Source: Epiperipatus broadwayi (taxonomy: Eukaryota > Animalia > Onychophora). From it: a stretch of DNA of 64,000 nt. Position 1 is the first letter of the stretch. Each line of letters starts with the position of its first letter. A program made the translations under genes and the position numbers. Below are positions 26,508-39,205 of the stretch, one piece after another. The stretch is taken from contig JAQFVV010000006.1 of assembly GCA_028023455.1 (NCBI GenBank), forward strand, positions 13,950,001 to 14,014,000. Direction: 5' to 3'. The notes under the pieces are model-generated. The model worked only from the letters and a program-made list of their open reading frames with translations, was not told the DNA's origin and searched no databases.

Positions 26508-26554
26508 AAAACATTTACTGCACACCATCATGATTTCACTGAATGAAGACAGTC

Positions 26555-26800
26555 AAGAGATTGTGATGCGATGCACTGTTGTCTCCTTTTTCAGTGTCAG
26601 GAATCTCTCAGCCACTATGCCCAGAGAAACCTTTAGCCACCTTACTTTCCCATTCCCCACTCCGTTTTTTCCCTATTCTTCTACATCCCATTTCCACAAC
26701 ATAATCTTTGTCAACTCCATGGCCTTTATATCTAAATCCCTCTTATCTTTTCCCAAACTAGAATAAAAACCCAAGAACCCACTTTCTGTATAATCACTTT
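26555..26800 (-). mobile_element. 3' end of the esterase-type LINE
   Basis: Minus frame ends ...KAMELTKIMLWKW...*; followed by the same 3' UTR as at 18856-18925. Confidence 0.65.
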
Positions 26801-27576
26801 GATACAGGAGTCCTTGCAAGAGGCATCTAGTAACATAAGCATGTATTATAATACACTCACTCTCCAGGGAACAATTTCGGTTTTTTGGGGATACCTCGTC
26901 GTATGTTCATAGTTAAATTTATTAGGTCTGAAAAACATAGTATTAATCAGGAGATACACAAACAAGAAATCAACTTCCATGTGTTGTCCAAGACATATAC
27001 GGATTATAGATTAGATAATAACTATTAAAATTAATCACATCATCTAAAATGTTTATGCAGCTTAATTCAAATTAGAGTAGATTTTAATTCACAAAGGGGA
27101 GTTAAATTTCTTATTTTACTAACTTTGTAAACTGTATATATTTCAACATATTTTCACTGGAAAACTAATCGAATTAGTTCAAAACATTAAAAAATCTAAC
27201 TGAAACAAATTTAATTACCCGTTCAATTAATACACAATTTGATTTATTTATTTGTTAATAATATTCAAAAACTGGTTTATACATTTCAAATCAATTTACA
27301 ATTAATAAGAAATAAATACAGTATTATATACACGGTTCATATTAAGAAACATTATATATCAATAACCGATAATAGCATATAATTAAATCAAATATTATTA
27401 TTATTTCTCATATTCTCATTCCAGTTTCTCTTAGTTTACTATTTTCAGTCACTTACGTTAATATATGACCAGGCATTGTGGGTCCTTCATATTATTAACT
27501 TTCTGTATTAATTGTGATGTGCAATAAAATTTCTATCCTTTAATTATATACACAATAATTTTGATTCCAATCTTTT

Positions 27577-27761
27577 ATATAGGGGGTTTGAACTAAGACT
27601 TTCACACGACCCTCAACAATTCACGCTATCTCATACTGCCGACACACTTGATCACACACAAAATCATCTTTTCGACATGTGTGTGATCAAGTGTGTCAGC
27701 AGTATGAGACAGCGTGGATAGTTGAGGGTCGCGTGAAAGTCTGAGTTCAAACCCCCTATAT
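27577..27761. repeat. Family C 3'-end hairpin (~80-bp arms), ending in a B-box-like GAGTTCAAACC
   Basis: ATAGGGGGTTTGAACT.AGACTTTCAC.CGACCCTCAAC... inverted against ...GTTGAGGGTCGCGTGAAAGTCTGAGTTCAAACCCCCTAT; homologous to the post-HHR part of 48666-48790. Confidence 0.8.
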
Positions 27762-28020
27762 ATTACATATTGGAGTGCAGGTATGAAAAAGCCGGTACTG
27801 TAGAAAAAATGCATAAATTCCAATCTTTTTTGGTTTTTGTGTGTGTGTGTTTTCTAACTTTTTATTCTTTGTCTTTTTTTGCTTCTGGGGCTAGAAAGAC
27901 AATGTTTACTGTGTTTTTCTACCATAGGATAATTTCTGTACATCTCTTGATTTTCAATTAAGCGTAATTTTGTCCCTAAAAAAAATTCTATAACTCTTCC
28001 TTATTTTAATCCTCTCTCAT

Positions 28021-28114
28021 ATAAAATGCATAATAGCATCAGCCGGGAAACGAACGCCTAACATGAGACAACTGCTTGTAAAGCAGCTGTCACTGACCTC
28101 TTGACCACCAATGC
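28021..28114 (-). mobile_element. tRNA-Gly-derived SINE
   Basis: Reverse complement GCATTGGTGGTCAAGAGGTCAGTGACAGCTGCTTTACAAGCAGTTG...CGTTCGTTTCCCGGCTGATGCTA. Confidence 0.8.
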
Positions 28115-30561
28115 TCGACATAATACATTTTAATTTGCCCTTCTTAAAAATATTTTCAGGTTCCAAGCAAAATTGGAATTTTTTTACGATAATGAGCTCA
28201 TAACCAATCCAACCAGCCATTTATTTAATGGTAATGGATAACTAGATATTCTTATTAAGCGAAAAACCCTTATCATGTATTACTTGAATAGCCTTGTGAT
28301 TATTGTCTTCCATTACCTTTTTTACTGTTCTAAGTTGCTATAATTTTAAGTTTAAAATCAAACTATCTTAATTTTTGAATTTTTCAGTGACCCCCTTCTT
28401 CCCCATCATTCTTAGAACAGATCTTATTGAGTTTCTTCCATAACCTAGTCTTAACTCAAGTTACTTCTGAACTCATTATTTAAAAAATTATTTCTAAAGG
28501 AACCAAATTTTAAGTATTACATTCTCACTAACTCAAAATACATATTCCTCCCCCCCCCCATCACCACCAATAACCATGTTTTGACACCCATGGTTTCAAT
28601 AAAAAGCATTACCCAATGTCCATTGATTAAACACAAGCTTATAACAGATAGGTTTGGAGTAAACTGTAGATTATTTTTTCCATGCAAGTTTGGAAGTAAG
28701 AGAAGTAAATCGTGTGATATTTGTTTTTGGTTATTTATATTTAATTATTCATTATTTTGAATCAATGATATAGCAACTTTTCTCCTTGCTTTTGAACAAA
28801 ATTAAACGGTAATAAAAACATTTATTAAAAATACTGAATACTTCGCTTTGAATTCTATGTACACGAGTTATTCAACTAAATTTAAATGCAAAGTCTGGCC
28901 ATCATTACTCAATGTCCAAAATAATTTTGTTGCAGATTTTCTAATAAAATTTACTTTTTCACATGCTTCTAAAAGTAGCTCTCTTCATCTTACTTCAGCG
29001 CCATCTATTGTAAACTTAAGTAATCAATGGATATTAACAGATATCAGTTTCTGGCTTTTGCTTTTGTCATCGAAGACTAGGATTCAGAGCTGAACCTAAT
29101 GCACTTATGCGTGCAATTGCCATCTGTTATTCCTTTATACTATTTAAACTAATATTCTGAAATTTCAAAACAAAACAAAAAAAAACTCCAAGGTTTTGAA
29201 CCCAAATTAAATCACATTCATAATTATATAGATCTGACACCAATATCTAAATATCAGTTTTGTGCCATCTAGACATTTTTTACCATTTGGCTAGGAATGT
29301 TAATTTTAATAATATCACGTGGTTTTCTTCTATGATTCCAAGAGTAGTCACTTATCTTCGACCAATTATAGTCACTTATCTTCGACCAACTCTCCAGTCA
29401 ACTGTTGTATGCTTGAATTGTCAATGGTATCATTACTGTATTGGAAACATATTTCTAGATAATAATTCAATCTCTTATTCTGAATATGTTTGCAGTTTTC
29501 TAAATGCTTACACTAACACTACTTATGTCAAATTTGTCGCAGAAATGCTCATTTTCTTAAGCTGTTTTTAAATAATTCAGTATTTTTTCAATCCTTTTGT
29601 ATTACTTAAATTAAATAAATCTCTATATTTTTCACAATGCTTTAATTACCTGACAGTTTCGACTGTCCAATAGCTTTCTTCAGAACTGTGCTATTTACAA
29701 TGTTATAAGTATATTTGCAATGTTATAAGAAGTAGTGTAATACAGTTGAATTTTATAGCTTTGAAGGAGACTGCAAGATTGTCAAAAAGTAAAGAAAATG
29801 TGACTTTTTTAGAGATTTGTGCTTTTGGATAATTGCTTTTTTCCATTCATCTACTCGAACTTCTTTGCCATTAGTTAGATACCATCAGTTTGATAGTCAA
29901 TTTTCTTCCTAAAATATACTATCGTAATTTAATATCTTTGTTGTATGCAAAGCGCTATCTCCATGCAAATAAACATAGTCTGATTTAGTAGATAAAGGAA
30001 ACATAAAAAGTCATAATAAAAATTATAATTCATTCTTAAATTATGTAGTATAAACTGCATTTCAGCATGCAAATAATTCCGTCCCCCGTTTTAATTCAAC
30101 TTCAAATACTGAATATATGATTCTTTAAATTTCCAGTTCAAGCCCTGATAGTGTAATCACATCATGTCAATACAAACCTAGTACTTAACCCAAGGAACTT
30201 AAAGGCAAGGTAGATCTGTATCAATACTATGTGATTTCTATCTCATAACTTAAGGAATTCTCTATTTTCAATCTGGAGAGCTAGAGTGGCCTGAAAGTTT
30301 TATGCCATTGAATCGATTATCTTGTTTTAGAGTTCTCATTGCCTTAAAATTGAAGTTAGACCTAACTTGAGTTAATAAATAAGAAGCCATAAAACAGGCT
30401 TTAAATAGACATTGTAGAGTACTCCTAAAGCTTATTACAGATAGTCAATGAAGTAGACAGTGCTCATGAGGCTTACTGGTTGCAGAGTAAATTTGAGTGG
30501 TTTGCCGTATTAGTTTTGCCCTCTATCAAAGAATAGCTAGATATATACATTTACCAACCAA

Positions 30562-30947
30562 TCTGGCTGATTATAGATCACTTACCTAAAAGAAAAAATC
30601 TTAAACCTAATTAGAAACTTTATATAAATTATGTTAACCTGATCCAGATTCAAACTCAGATCTTGGATAGCAAAAGAATGCACTATTGTATTTTCATAAA
30701 GCTCTTAGTTTGACGATGGTTGTTATTAACACCTAACTAGAACTCATCTGGGTGATTATAGATCACTTACCTGAAAAGAAAAAATCTTAAACCTAATTAG
30801 AAACTTAATATATATATATATATATATTATGTTAGCCTGATCCAAATTCAAACCCAGATCTTGAATAGCAAAAGAATGCACTATTGTATTATCATAAAGC
30901 TCTTAAGTTTGATGATGGATGTTATTAACACATAACTAGAATCTGGA
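30562..30947. repeat. Tandem duplication, ~185-200-bp units
   Basis: ATCTGG.TGATTATAGATCACTTACCT...CATAACTAGAA repeated; second unit has an expanded (TA)n. Confidence 0.9.
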
Positions 30948-31600
30948 AAAAATATATTTTTTTCAACTTTCCCAGGTTTGAACTGATCATCATCTTAGCA
31001 AATGGATGCACTTACACTACTCTATATGGCTCTTAATTATATTTCATATACTTTCCAGAATATGGACTGATTCATAATCAACAAAAAACAAAACTACCAT
31101 ATGCACTTATCCATTTGATAGATGTTATATACTATCTGGAATCTAAAGTAATTCATTTTAGAAGAGTAAGAGGCAATGGGATATCTTTCATGTATTTAGT
31201 ACTTCCCGTTCTAGTAGAATACTAATTTCTTGATGAACAGATGATTAAGTATTTCATCTGTGAATGAGCACTAAAGGGAATTTGTTGCTTATGTAAATAA
31301 ATGTTAATTATTTAATATATTACAATAACGTATTATTTAAATATGAATAATGTTCATCATGAGATTTTATTTATCAATTGAATCTCACATCACTGATTTG
31401 ATGGGTTGATAAAGGAATGTTTATGGAGGCAGGAATGGGAAGGTGGACAAATCAGATAAAACACCTTTGCCAACAGGAAGACATATTTAAAGTACATTCT
31501 ATGGCTGATATTTTATTGCTAAAATATCATGTATCAATAAGATTCTATGTGCAGCTTTATTTTAGAACAACATAGATAAACTCTATAAATTAGCGAACCA

Positions 31601-32452
31601 CGACATATGAATGAGCACTGGTTTAGCCCGGAATGCATTTTAGGGATCATTTGTCTTTAATAGTGCCTGTATTTATGTGTTACAAGAATGTGCAGTGATG
31701 TCAAGGTTTTAAAGAACATCTATAGTAAACATTACATGTGGAAAAATAGAAATGAAGTTGAATTACAACATGCATATGTTTAATTAAAAAAAAAGATATA
31801 TTAATCTTTAACTGGGGTTTAAAGTTTATATCTGAGCTGGAGATAATCTCTAGATTAATAAATGATTAGTGATAATTATTACTGTATTTATCTAGAGTGG
31901 ATTATGTCAAAGTTGTGGGTGGAATGAGTTTGACACCTGTCAATCAAAATGTAAAAATTTACTATTGATAAATACTGGTTATGTGATAAAGATATGTATG
32001 AGAGATTGTGTCTGGGTCAACTGATGAATGCTGGATCAGAGTGAAATGCATTTTGGGAATCTTTTTTTTTATTGTTATCTTTATTCATTTGATTTAAAAA
32101 GAATGTCTAATGAAACGGGGGTTGTTTAATTCGCTTATAAAAGATATTACACATGGGAAAGAGAAAGGTGAACAACACTATATGTGTTTAATTGAAAAAT
32201 CAGATATATTAATGTTAAAGTTTATATCTGGACTAGAAACAATCTCTAGTTTTATAAATAATTAGTAATAATCATTACTGTATTTATCTAGAGTGGATGG
32301 TGTCAAAGTTGTGGGTGGGGTAAGTCTGACACTTGTAAATCAAAATGTAATAATTTACTTTTGGTAAATGCTAAACATATGATAAATATATGTGTGAGAG
32401 TATATGACTGGGCTTACTATGAGTGTGGATTACACATGAAATGCATCTTGGG
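31601..32452 (+). mobile_element. Tandem array (~2.2 units of ~400 bp), one HHR or HHR remnant per unit
   Basis: Stem III palindrome ATGCAT at 31633, 32046 and 32441 (spacing 413, 395); best copy 32017-32056 TCAA-CTGATGA-ATGCTGGATCAGAGT-GAAA-TGCA-TT-TTGG; homologous to 16300-16470. Confidence 0.8.
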
Positions 32453-32903
32453 TCATTTGTTTTTTACAATGTCTTTCCTTTATTCACGTGTTCTATAACG
32501 TGTGAAGGTTATTAATAATATCTAAAACGAATATTATAGACACATTTTTACTACCATATGCGAATTGCTACAGAAACTTAATATAAAAATTAAAATACAT
32601 TTATTACTATTGGAAAAAAAAAGGAGAGAAAATATATTACTATTACTCGTTCACGAAGGTAGTTTTTAAATTAATGTCTATTAATAATCAAAAGTATATG
32701 TTGGGAAAAAAAAAATCTTAAACTCGGAGGTAAAAAGCCAATAAACTCACCATGCTGGCTAATGTGTGTTGGTAAGCAGCCCATCTATGTTCGTATACTA
32801 TAGGAATAATCACATAGTAATAACAGCTGCAATGACAAGAACATATGGAGTGGACATTAGGAATTTTCCCTGCTCGGTTCCTTTAAGACCTCCAAGAGGA
32901 ACC

Positions 32904-33360
32904 AAAGGAAATATGACTATGTATTTGAAAAGGAAGGTTTTTAATAAATGTGTTTTGCCAGTTCTTACTTATGGATCTGAGACTTGGACACTTAAAAGAA
33001 GAGCAATACAGACTTCAGACCATTCAAAGAAGTATGGAGAGATGCATGTTGGGAGTAACAAGAAGAGATCGAAAACGTAATGTATGGTAAGAGAACAAAC
33101 AGGTGTTACTGACCTCACTGAAAAAATTAAAAGACTGAAGTGGAGTTGGGTTGGATATATTGCTAGAAGAAATGATAACAGATGGACAATTGAAATTTTA
33201 AACTGGATTCCAAGAGTTGTAAAAGACCCAGAAAGAGACCACATGTGAGATGGATGGATGAAATTAGAAAGTGTGCAGGAGTGGTGTGGAGAAAAGAAGC
33301 TAAAGATAGGAAAAGATGGACTTTCATCCTGCAGTGGATTGATAATAGTTGATGATGATG
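32904..33360 (+). mobile_element. RTE LINE 3' fragment
   Basis: KGNMTMYLKRKVFNKCVLPVLTYGSETWTL...LKWSWVGYIARRNDNRW; GATGATGATG tail. Confidence 0.9.
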
Positions 33361-34377
33361 ACTCAAAAGTGATAAAGTAATAAATGTTATTAGAACAATC
33401 CTAGATATATGAATGCAACATGAATTAAGAAAACATCTAAGAAAAGTAAATAATTTTGCATTTCACTAACATAAGAGACTGACAAAAAATAAAAAGATAA
33501 TATTAATTATAAGGCTTGGGGTAAAAAAAATATTTTTTATATTAATTCTAAAGCAAAAGAAAGAGCTTAGACTGTATATATTTCCTCGAGTGTCACATTA
33601 GATGACAAAGAGCGCATGTGGTTCACTACCTGCGGTTTAACCATCTTTGTTACACAGCATCCACATGTGGCTTGTGACGTGCGGTTTAACCAACTCTGTT
33701 AAATGGTAACGGTAGACGGATATGGAACAAACAACGAAGTAGTTAGAATAATAAAAAATACTTTTAAAAAATAATCTTTTTACATTTTAAAATTATAATA
33801 CTATACCTTATTTTACTCGGTATCCTGTTTTAAAATAAAACTTTATCCCGAGAGTAAATTAGATAACCTCAAAGAGTAATTTGAATTGCAGTTTACCACA
33901 ATATGTTAAGTCAATCCAACGCAGTAGATAAATGCAAATTAAACTTAGAATGTTATATCTTAATAACTGTTACCTTTCAAGGAATAAAAATTACGTTAGA
34001 TTGTTTACATGACGTTAATTATAAACACCTTATTAAAATACATCTCGCAAACTAATTTGCAATGTTATGCATTTTAAACATCCTCAAATCTTAAAAAAAA
34101 AAACGCTAGATAAATCAGTCATTCACAATCAACCTGTAATTATTTATGATTTTTAAATTTAAATGCAAATGGCACGCGATTATTATAACAAACTAAAATA
34201 AAAAGATATGTGCGAAGTACGTGGAAATAAACGGTTGCTAAAATTAAATTGATTTCATTACGTTTACCCATAATTCGTAACAAACATGTGAAAAAAAAGA
34301 CAATCAGTAAAAATGTTACATGAAAACAGCCAGACAATCTTCAAAACAATCCCTTTCACATCAATGAAGTCATCAAT

Positions 34378-35058
34378 CATCATCATCATCAACCATTATC
34401 AATCTACTGCAGGATGAAGGTCTCTCCAAGTTCAATCCATTTTTCCTCTTTAGCTTCTCTTCTCCACATCACCCCTGCACACTTTCTTATTTCAACCATC
34501 CATCTCACATGTGGTATCTTTCTGGGTCTTTTACAATCTCTTGGAATCCAGATCAAAATTTCTATTGCCCATCTATTATCATCTCTTCTAGCAATATGTC
34601 CAACCAAACTCCACTTCAGTCTTTTAATTTTTTCAATGAGGTCAGTAACACCTGTTTTTCTCTTACCCATTCATTGTGTTTTCACCCTTCTTGTTACTCC
34701 CAACATGCATCTCTCCATACTTCTTTGAGTGGTCTGAAGTCTCTGTATTGCTCTTCTATTAAGTGTCCAAGTGTCAGATCCATAAGTAAGAACTGGCAAA
34801 ACACATTTATTAAAAACCTTCCTTTTCAAACACATAGGCATATTTCCTTTTAGTATCAAGTTATTTTTACAAAAAGTACTCCAACCAAGTTTAATTCTAT
34901 GATTAATTTCATCCATTATGTTTCCATCTGTATTAATAATCTGACCAAGGTATTTGTAACTGTTAACTTCTTCTAACTCAGCATAATCAATCTTTATTTT
35001 CGTATTTTGAGAAAAACTATTAAACATTACTTTACTCTTTTTAACATTTATCAATAGT
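34378..35058 (-). mobile_element. RTE LINE 3' fragment
   Basis: ORFs 34671-35123 (INVKKSKVM, YKYLGQ, LPVLTYGSDTW) and 34404-34670 (KWSLVGHIARRDDNRW); (GAT)n tail. Confidence 0.92.
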
Positions 35059-36010
35059 CCTTCATAAATAGTGGTGAAGGAGACAGCATTGTTCACCAGA
35101 TCTGCCAATTGGCAGATTTCCATCTTTGTTTTATATGCTAGTTTGGCTAAATGCTCTAATATGAAATGGCTACTGAAGAAAAATTTTAAACCTGATTGGA
35201 ATTTGGACTTGGTCCAAATTTAAACTCAAGTTGCAAACCTCATCAACATTATCAGACCCTTAATTTGATAAAATACTACATAGATAGATAATGACAATAC
35301 AATTTTCTGAAACACAAATATATATATATCAAATACTATGGTGCTGTTTTTTTAACATCTTCTACAACAAATTATTTTTCTTCATTAGATTCCATTCTCT
35401 GTCATATCCTCTCAGTGAAATTAAATGGTTATATTTCTTTATAGAGTATCTTTAAGATAATCTTTATAATGTAAACGGTGTAACTGCCATGTAATTCAAT
35501 CTAACATCACTGTTATTTTTAGGTAGTCCTCAAGATATCCAAAAAAGATATATTTCTACTAATAACTGTAGATTTTATAACATCTCATCTATCAAACTAA
35601 AGAAAGTAACAATGAATCTTTTATATGAATTAGCCATGTTTTCAGAATATGTCAGCAAACTTCGTATGACTTCGCTGCTTATATTTAACCTATTGTTAGA
35701 TCATTTGTCTTCAGAGCCATCTGTCATAAGCTTGAGTAATCAATGGATTAGTGCCATTATCTCTATATCTAGGGATAGTGCATATACATATCTAGACTAT
35801 CACCTATTGCACTTCATACCCAATATCCTAGTCAAAAGGATAATAATAATAAAATAATAATAAAGGAAAGGTTGTATTGCTCGGAAGTTCATAAAAAGTT
35901 TAAGTGCCAGAAGTATCAGATCTGGAATCGATCTAAGGATCTTATGCTCCAGAATCTGACACTCTATAACTGCACTAATCTATTATAACTTTATTTTTTT
36001 ATTTTGAGTT

Positions 36011-36043
36011 CTGAAGAAGATTGCTGGGATAATCGAAACTGTC
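36011..36043 (+). ncRNA. HHR-like motif, family G (Penelope-type end), stem I not evident
   Basis: CTGAAGA-A-GATT gctgggat AATC-GAAA-CTGTC; related copies at 29652-29683 (-), 3235-3266 (+) and possibly 39846-39876 (+). Confidence 0.45.
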
Positions 36044-36439
36044 ACAGTGGGTTGTAAAAAAGCATTGTAAGAAAATAATAAAGAACCTAGATGATATTAC
36101 ACCCTAACCTATGTAGGATATTCAAAAGAATGAAAGATGTTATTAATGATTATAAAACTGATAATACAAATATATGATCACTGCTGACATCAATTTAATC
36201 ATACATCCAAAGTGATTTGGACCCAAATAGGAAAGGTGTTTTTATTTTTATTTCAGGTTATTAGCTTAAGAATAAAAATGAAGATTAAAACGTAGCTGAA
36301 CATGGGACACTTTATGTTAGGATATCCACATGCATTCACTCCAAACTTGTCACTGCAAATAAACCAAAAACGGGTCTGGAACTGTACAATAGTCATAGAT
36401 ATAGATATAATAACCCTTCTATCTAGTATCCAATAAAAT

Positions 36440-36910
36440 TACAAAGAAATCAAGTCATATGTCACATGATCTAATTTAACAAGCTTGTATTAATAATGTA
36501 TTCAATAATTTTTCAAACAGTAAGGGATTCTGAATAGACTTTCTCTTGGTAGAATTTTTACAGAATATACAGAGTCATTAAGTGGAATTTTCCATTGCTT
36601 TTCCAAGGTATTATATTATATAATGAGTTGCCAATAGCTCTTAACAAACTTTTCAGAATATCCCTATTCCCAGACCGGTTTCATGCTTTTGGCATTCCTC
36701 AGTCAGGCGCTAGGATATTCAAGCATTAGATTTAAAATACCAGGTCAAGTCCACCACTTTATCTATTGTTTAACTATTAATTAGAAAATTTGAAATTTTC
36801 AGGCACCCATATGTCCGTAAATCCAGCTATCTAACTCAAATAGCCATTTGGAACAAATATGCAAGCTTATTAAATTAAGTCATGTGATATATAACTTTAT
36901 TTCCTTGCAA
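36440..36910 (-). mobile_element. Family F element with ~55-bp inverted ends and an HHR
   Basis: Ends ...TCACATGA..TAATTTAA.AAGCTTG inverted; interior homologous to 9450-9570 and 38870-39000. Confidence 0.7.
36668..36707 (-). ncRNA. Minimal type I hammerhead ribozyme
   Basis: CCTGA-CTGAGGA-ATGC caaaa GCAT-GAAA-CCGG-TC/TGGGA; core intact, stem I has mismatches. Confidence 0.75.
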
Positions 36911-38149
36911 TTATTGTTTTACAAGTTAAAATAAGATCTACTTAAGATTGCAGACTAATAGCTTTATATATAACTAATTTAGTTTAAGTAGTTAAATCAT
37001 TACAATGAAAGACTGTATCTTTTAACTTGTTGAATGCTACATCCCCAACATCCATTCTATTTAAAAAAAAAAACTATTAACACATTTGAATAGATCCAAA
37101 AGTTAACATTCAAACATGAACATTCTGTAGATTACTTTCAGTATTGATAAAAAACAGTCTCTCTTCACCCATATTGTACATTTAGGAACAAAGATAAATT
37201 TTTAATCTTTGCTTTTAATTGGTTCAAATATCATCCTCCTCTATCAAATCAATCACATCATAATAGCCACTTCATGAAACCATCTACAAAACTATCCAAA
37301 GGTAGCTCCTTATAAAGACAAAAAGCAAATATAGAATCAGTACACAGTTCTGTTTTACACCTACTTCCATTGTCAAATAATTGATACTTTCCAGCTGGTG
37401 TAATAACACTTTGTCCAGCACTGCAATGAAAAATGTATTAGATTCAAGGATCCAGATTTAAAACTTCTCATCGACAAAGGCCATAAGACAGACTCTAATC
37501 CAGAGATATATATAGGACAACATTGATTTGGGGATTTAATAATTACTACTACTTAACATCTATTATTACCCAACTTTGTAATAGCTAGTAGATCTGGAAT
37601 ACAATAGTATGTTCCTGAAAAGCAATATGTAATGTGGTATGATTACCATTTTGATATCCATCTACATGTGTGGAGCACAGGGGCATTGCTGGACAAGCTA
37701 AGTCACTTGCCAAATGAAATCACTACTCCAACTCCAGTTCCATGCCACAGATTACTGATTGTATAATTGCCATGCATGTAATTAAAGGATGAAAATATGA
37801 CTGCATGGTTAATGTAAGAAGATGATTGGTGTGATTATAAACCAACTAAATGGTTAGTTGTTTTGGACATCATGTAGCACTTAGTACCAAAAGTTATAAA
37901 TTGGGCTTCAATCCAGAAACCGTTAAGACTTAAGATTGTCATCTATTACTGTACTAAAGTACACAGGATATTGATAACATGACAAATGTAATAATTGGAC
38001 CAGTATTTACTTAAGTGATTCAAGTACATAAACTAAGATATATGAAGATAGAATAACAATATAGTGAAGAAATAGAAAAGTGCTTACATTGAGGTAATAC
38101 ATAACCACTGATAAAATAGCATCTTATTCTACTAAATGGGAGATAAGCC

Positions 38150-38365
38150 AATAAACATTACATGATCACCATTTCCTATGCTTGCTTAAAACTGTTATTA
38201 AAACAGGCAAAACTGACGAAGGCCACAAGCCAGAAACTAGTCTGGGAATATTGGATGAGTAGGCACTAAATGGGGATTTTATGCACAAGCCTTCTGACAT
38301 CCATTGATTACACTAGCTTGCAGTGAGTGGCAATACTGTATAGTGAGTTTTGCCTGTTTTAAATG
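38150..38365 (+). mobile_element. Family B snap-back element; HHR core at 38213-38248
   Basis: Inverted left arm ends ...GGCAAAA and joins CTGACGA-A-GGC cacaa GCC-A-GAAA-CTAG-TC/TGGGAA; 5' strand of stem I lost. Confidence 0.7.
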
Positions 38366-38597
38366 TGAGATATTCTTCATTGATAGTTTTTTGATTATTC
38401 ATTTAATCTTCAAATCTGACTATTATTCCATTATTTGCCATTTATTATTCTGATTCATCATCCAAGTTCAGCATCCAATAAAATAGTATGCATAAGCAGA
38501 TCAAAACCAGTTGGGGGATAGGGATAATTCTAGATAGAGATTTCAAATGCTTTTCCACTGAAATTTAGCGTTAAAGCTTGTTTAGAGCTATTAGAAC

Positions 38598-39205
38598 ACT
38601 TAGTGTCAAAACATGAAACCATAGTCAGGAGTTTGGGGGAGGGGGTCCTGACAGAGATATTTTAGGTGCTGGCTCTGGCTAAGCATTTATCATAAAACTT
38701 GTAGAAGAATTGGCAATCTTCAATGTTTATAACTTACAAGCTTAAGAGATAGAGTCATGTGATCTATGATTCTTATTTTGACTATTTACAGTCTCTTCCA
38801 TAAGTCTTATGCAATTTTATATTGCTAAGACTACTAGTATATGGTATGGCTGAAGATCTATCAGCCCCATATAGCTATTTGAGTTGGATAGATGGGTTTG
38901 AAGACATGCAGATGTCTGAAAATTTCAGATTTTCCACTCAATAGATAACTTTTAGATAAGTGCTTGGGTTTGGGTTGGTAATTTTAGATCTAGTGTCTGA
39001 ACCTACCCTGACACCTCTCTGAGGAGTGCCAAAGCATGAAACCATGGTCAGGGGTTGGGGGGTTCCTGACAGAGATATGTTAAGTGCTGGCTCTGGCTAA
39101 GCATTTATCATAAAGCTTGTAGAGGAATTGGCAATCCTCATTGTTTATAACTTACAAGCTTAAGAGATAGAGTCATGTTATCTATGACTCTTATTTTGAC
39201 TACTT
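38598..39205 (+). mobile_element. Family F tandem (~1.4 units), predicted cleavage sites 423 nt apart
   Basis: Direct repeat ~38600-38785 and ~39025-39205, each beginning at the HHR 3' half (CATGAAACCAT(A/G)GTCAGG); sites after 38626 and 39049. Confidence 0.85.
39014..39054 (+). ncRNA. Minimal type I hammerhead ribozyme (canonical core)
   Basis: CCTCT-CTGAGGA-GTGC caaa GCAT-GAAA-CCATGG-TC/AGGGG; palindromic stem III ACCATGGT. Confidence 0.82.
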
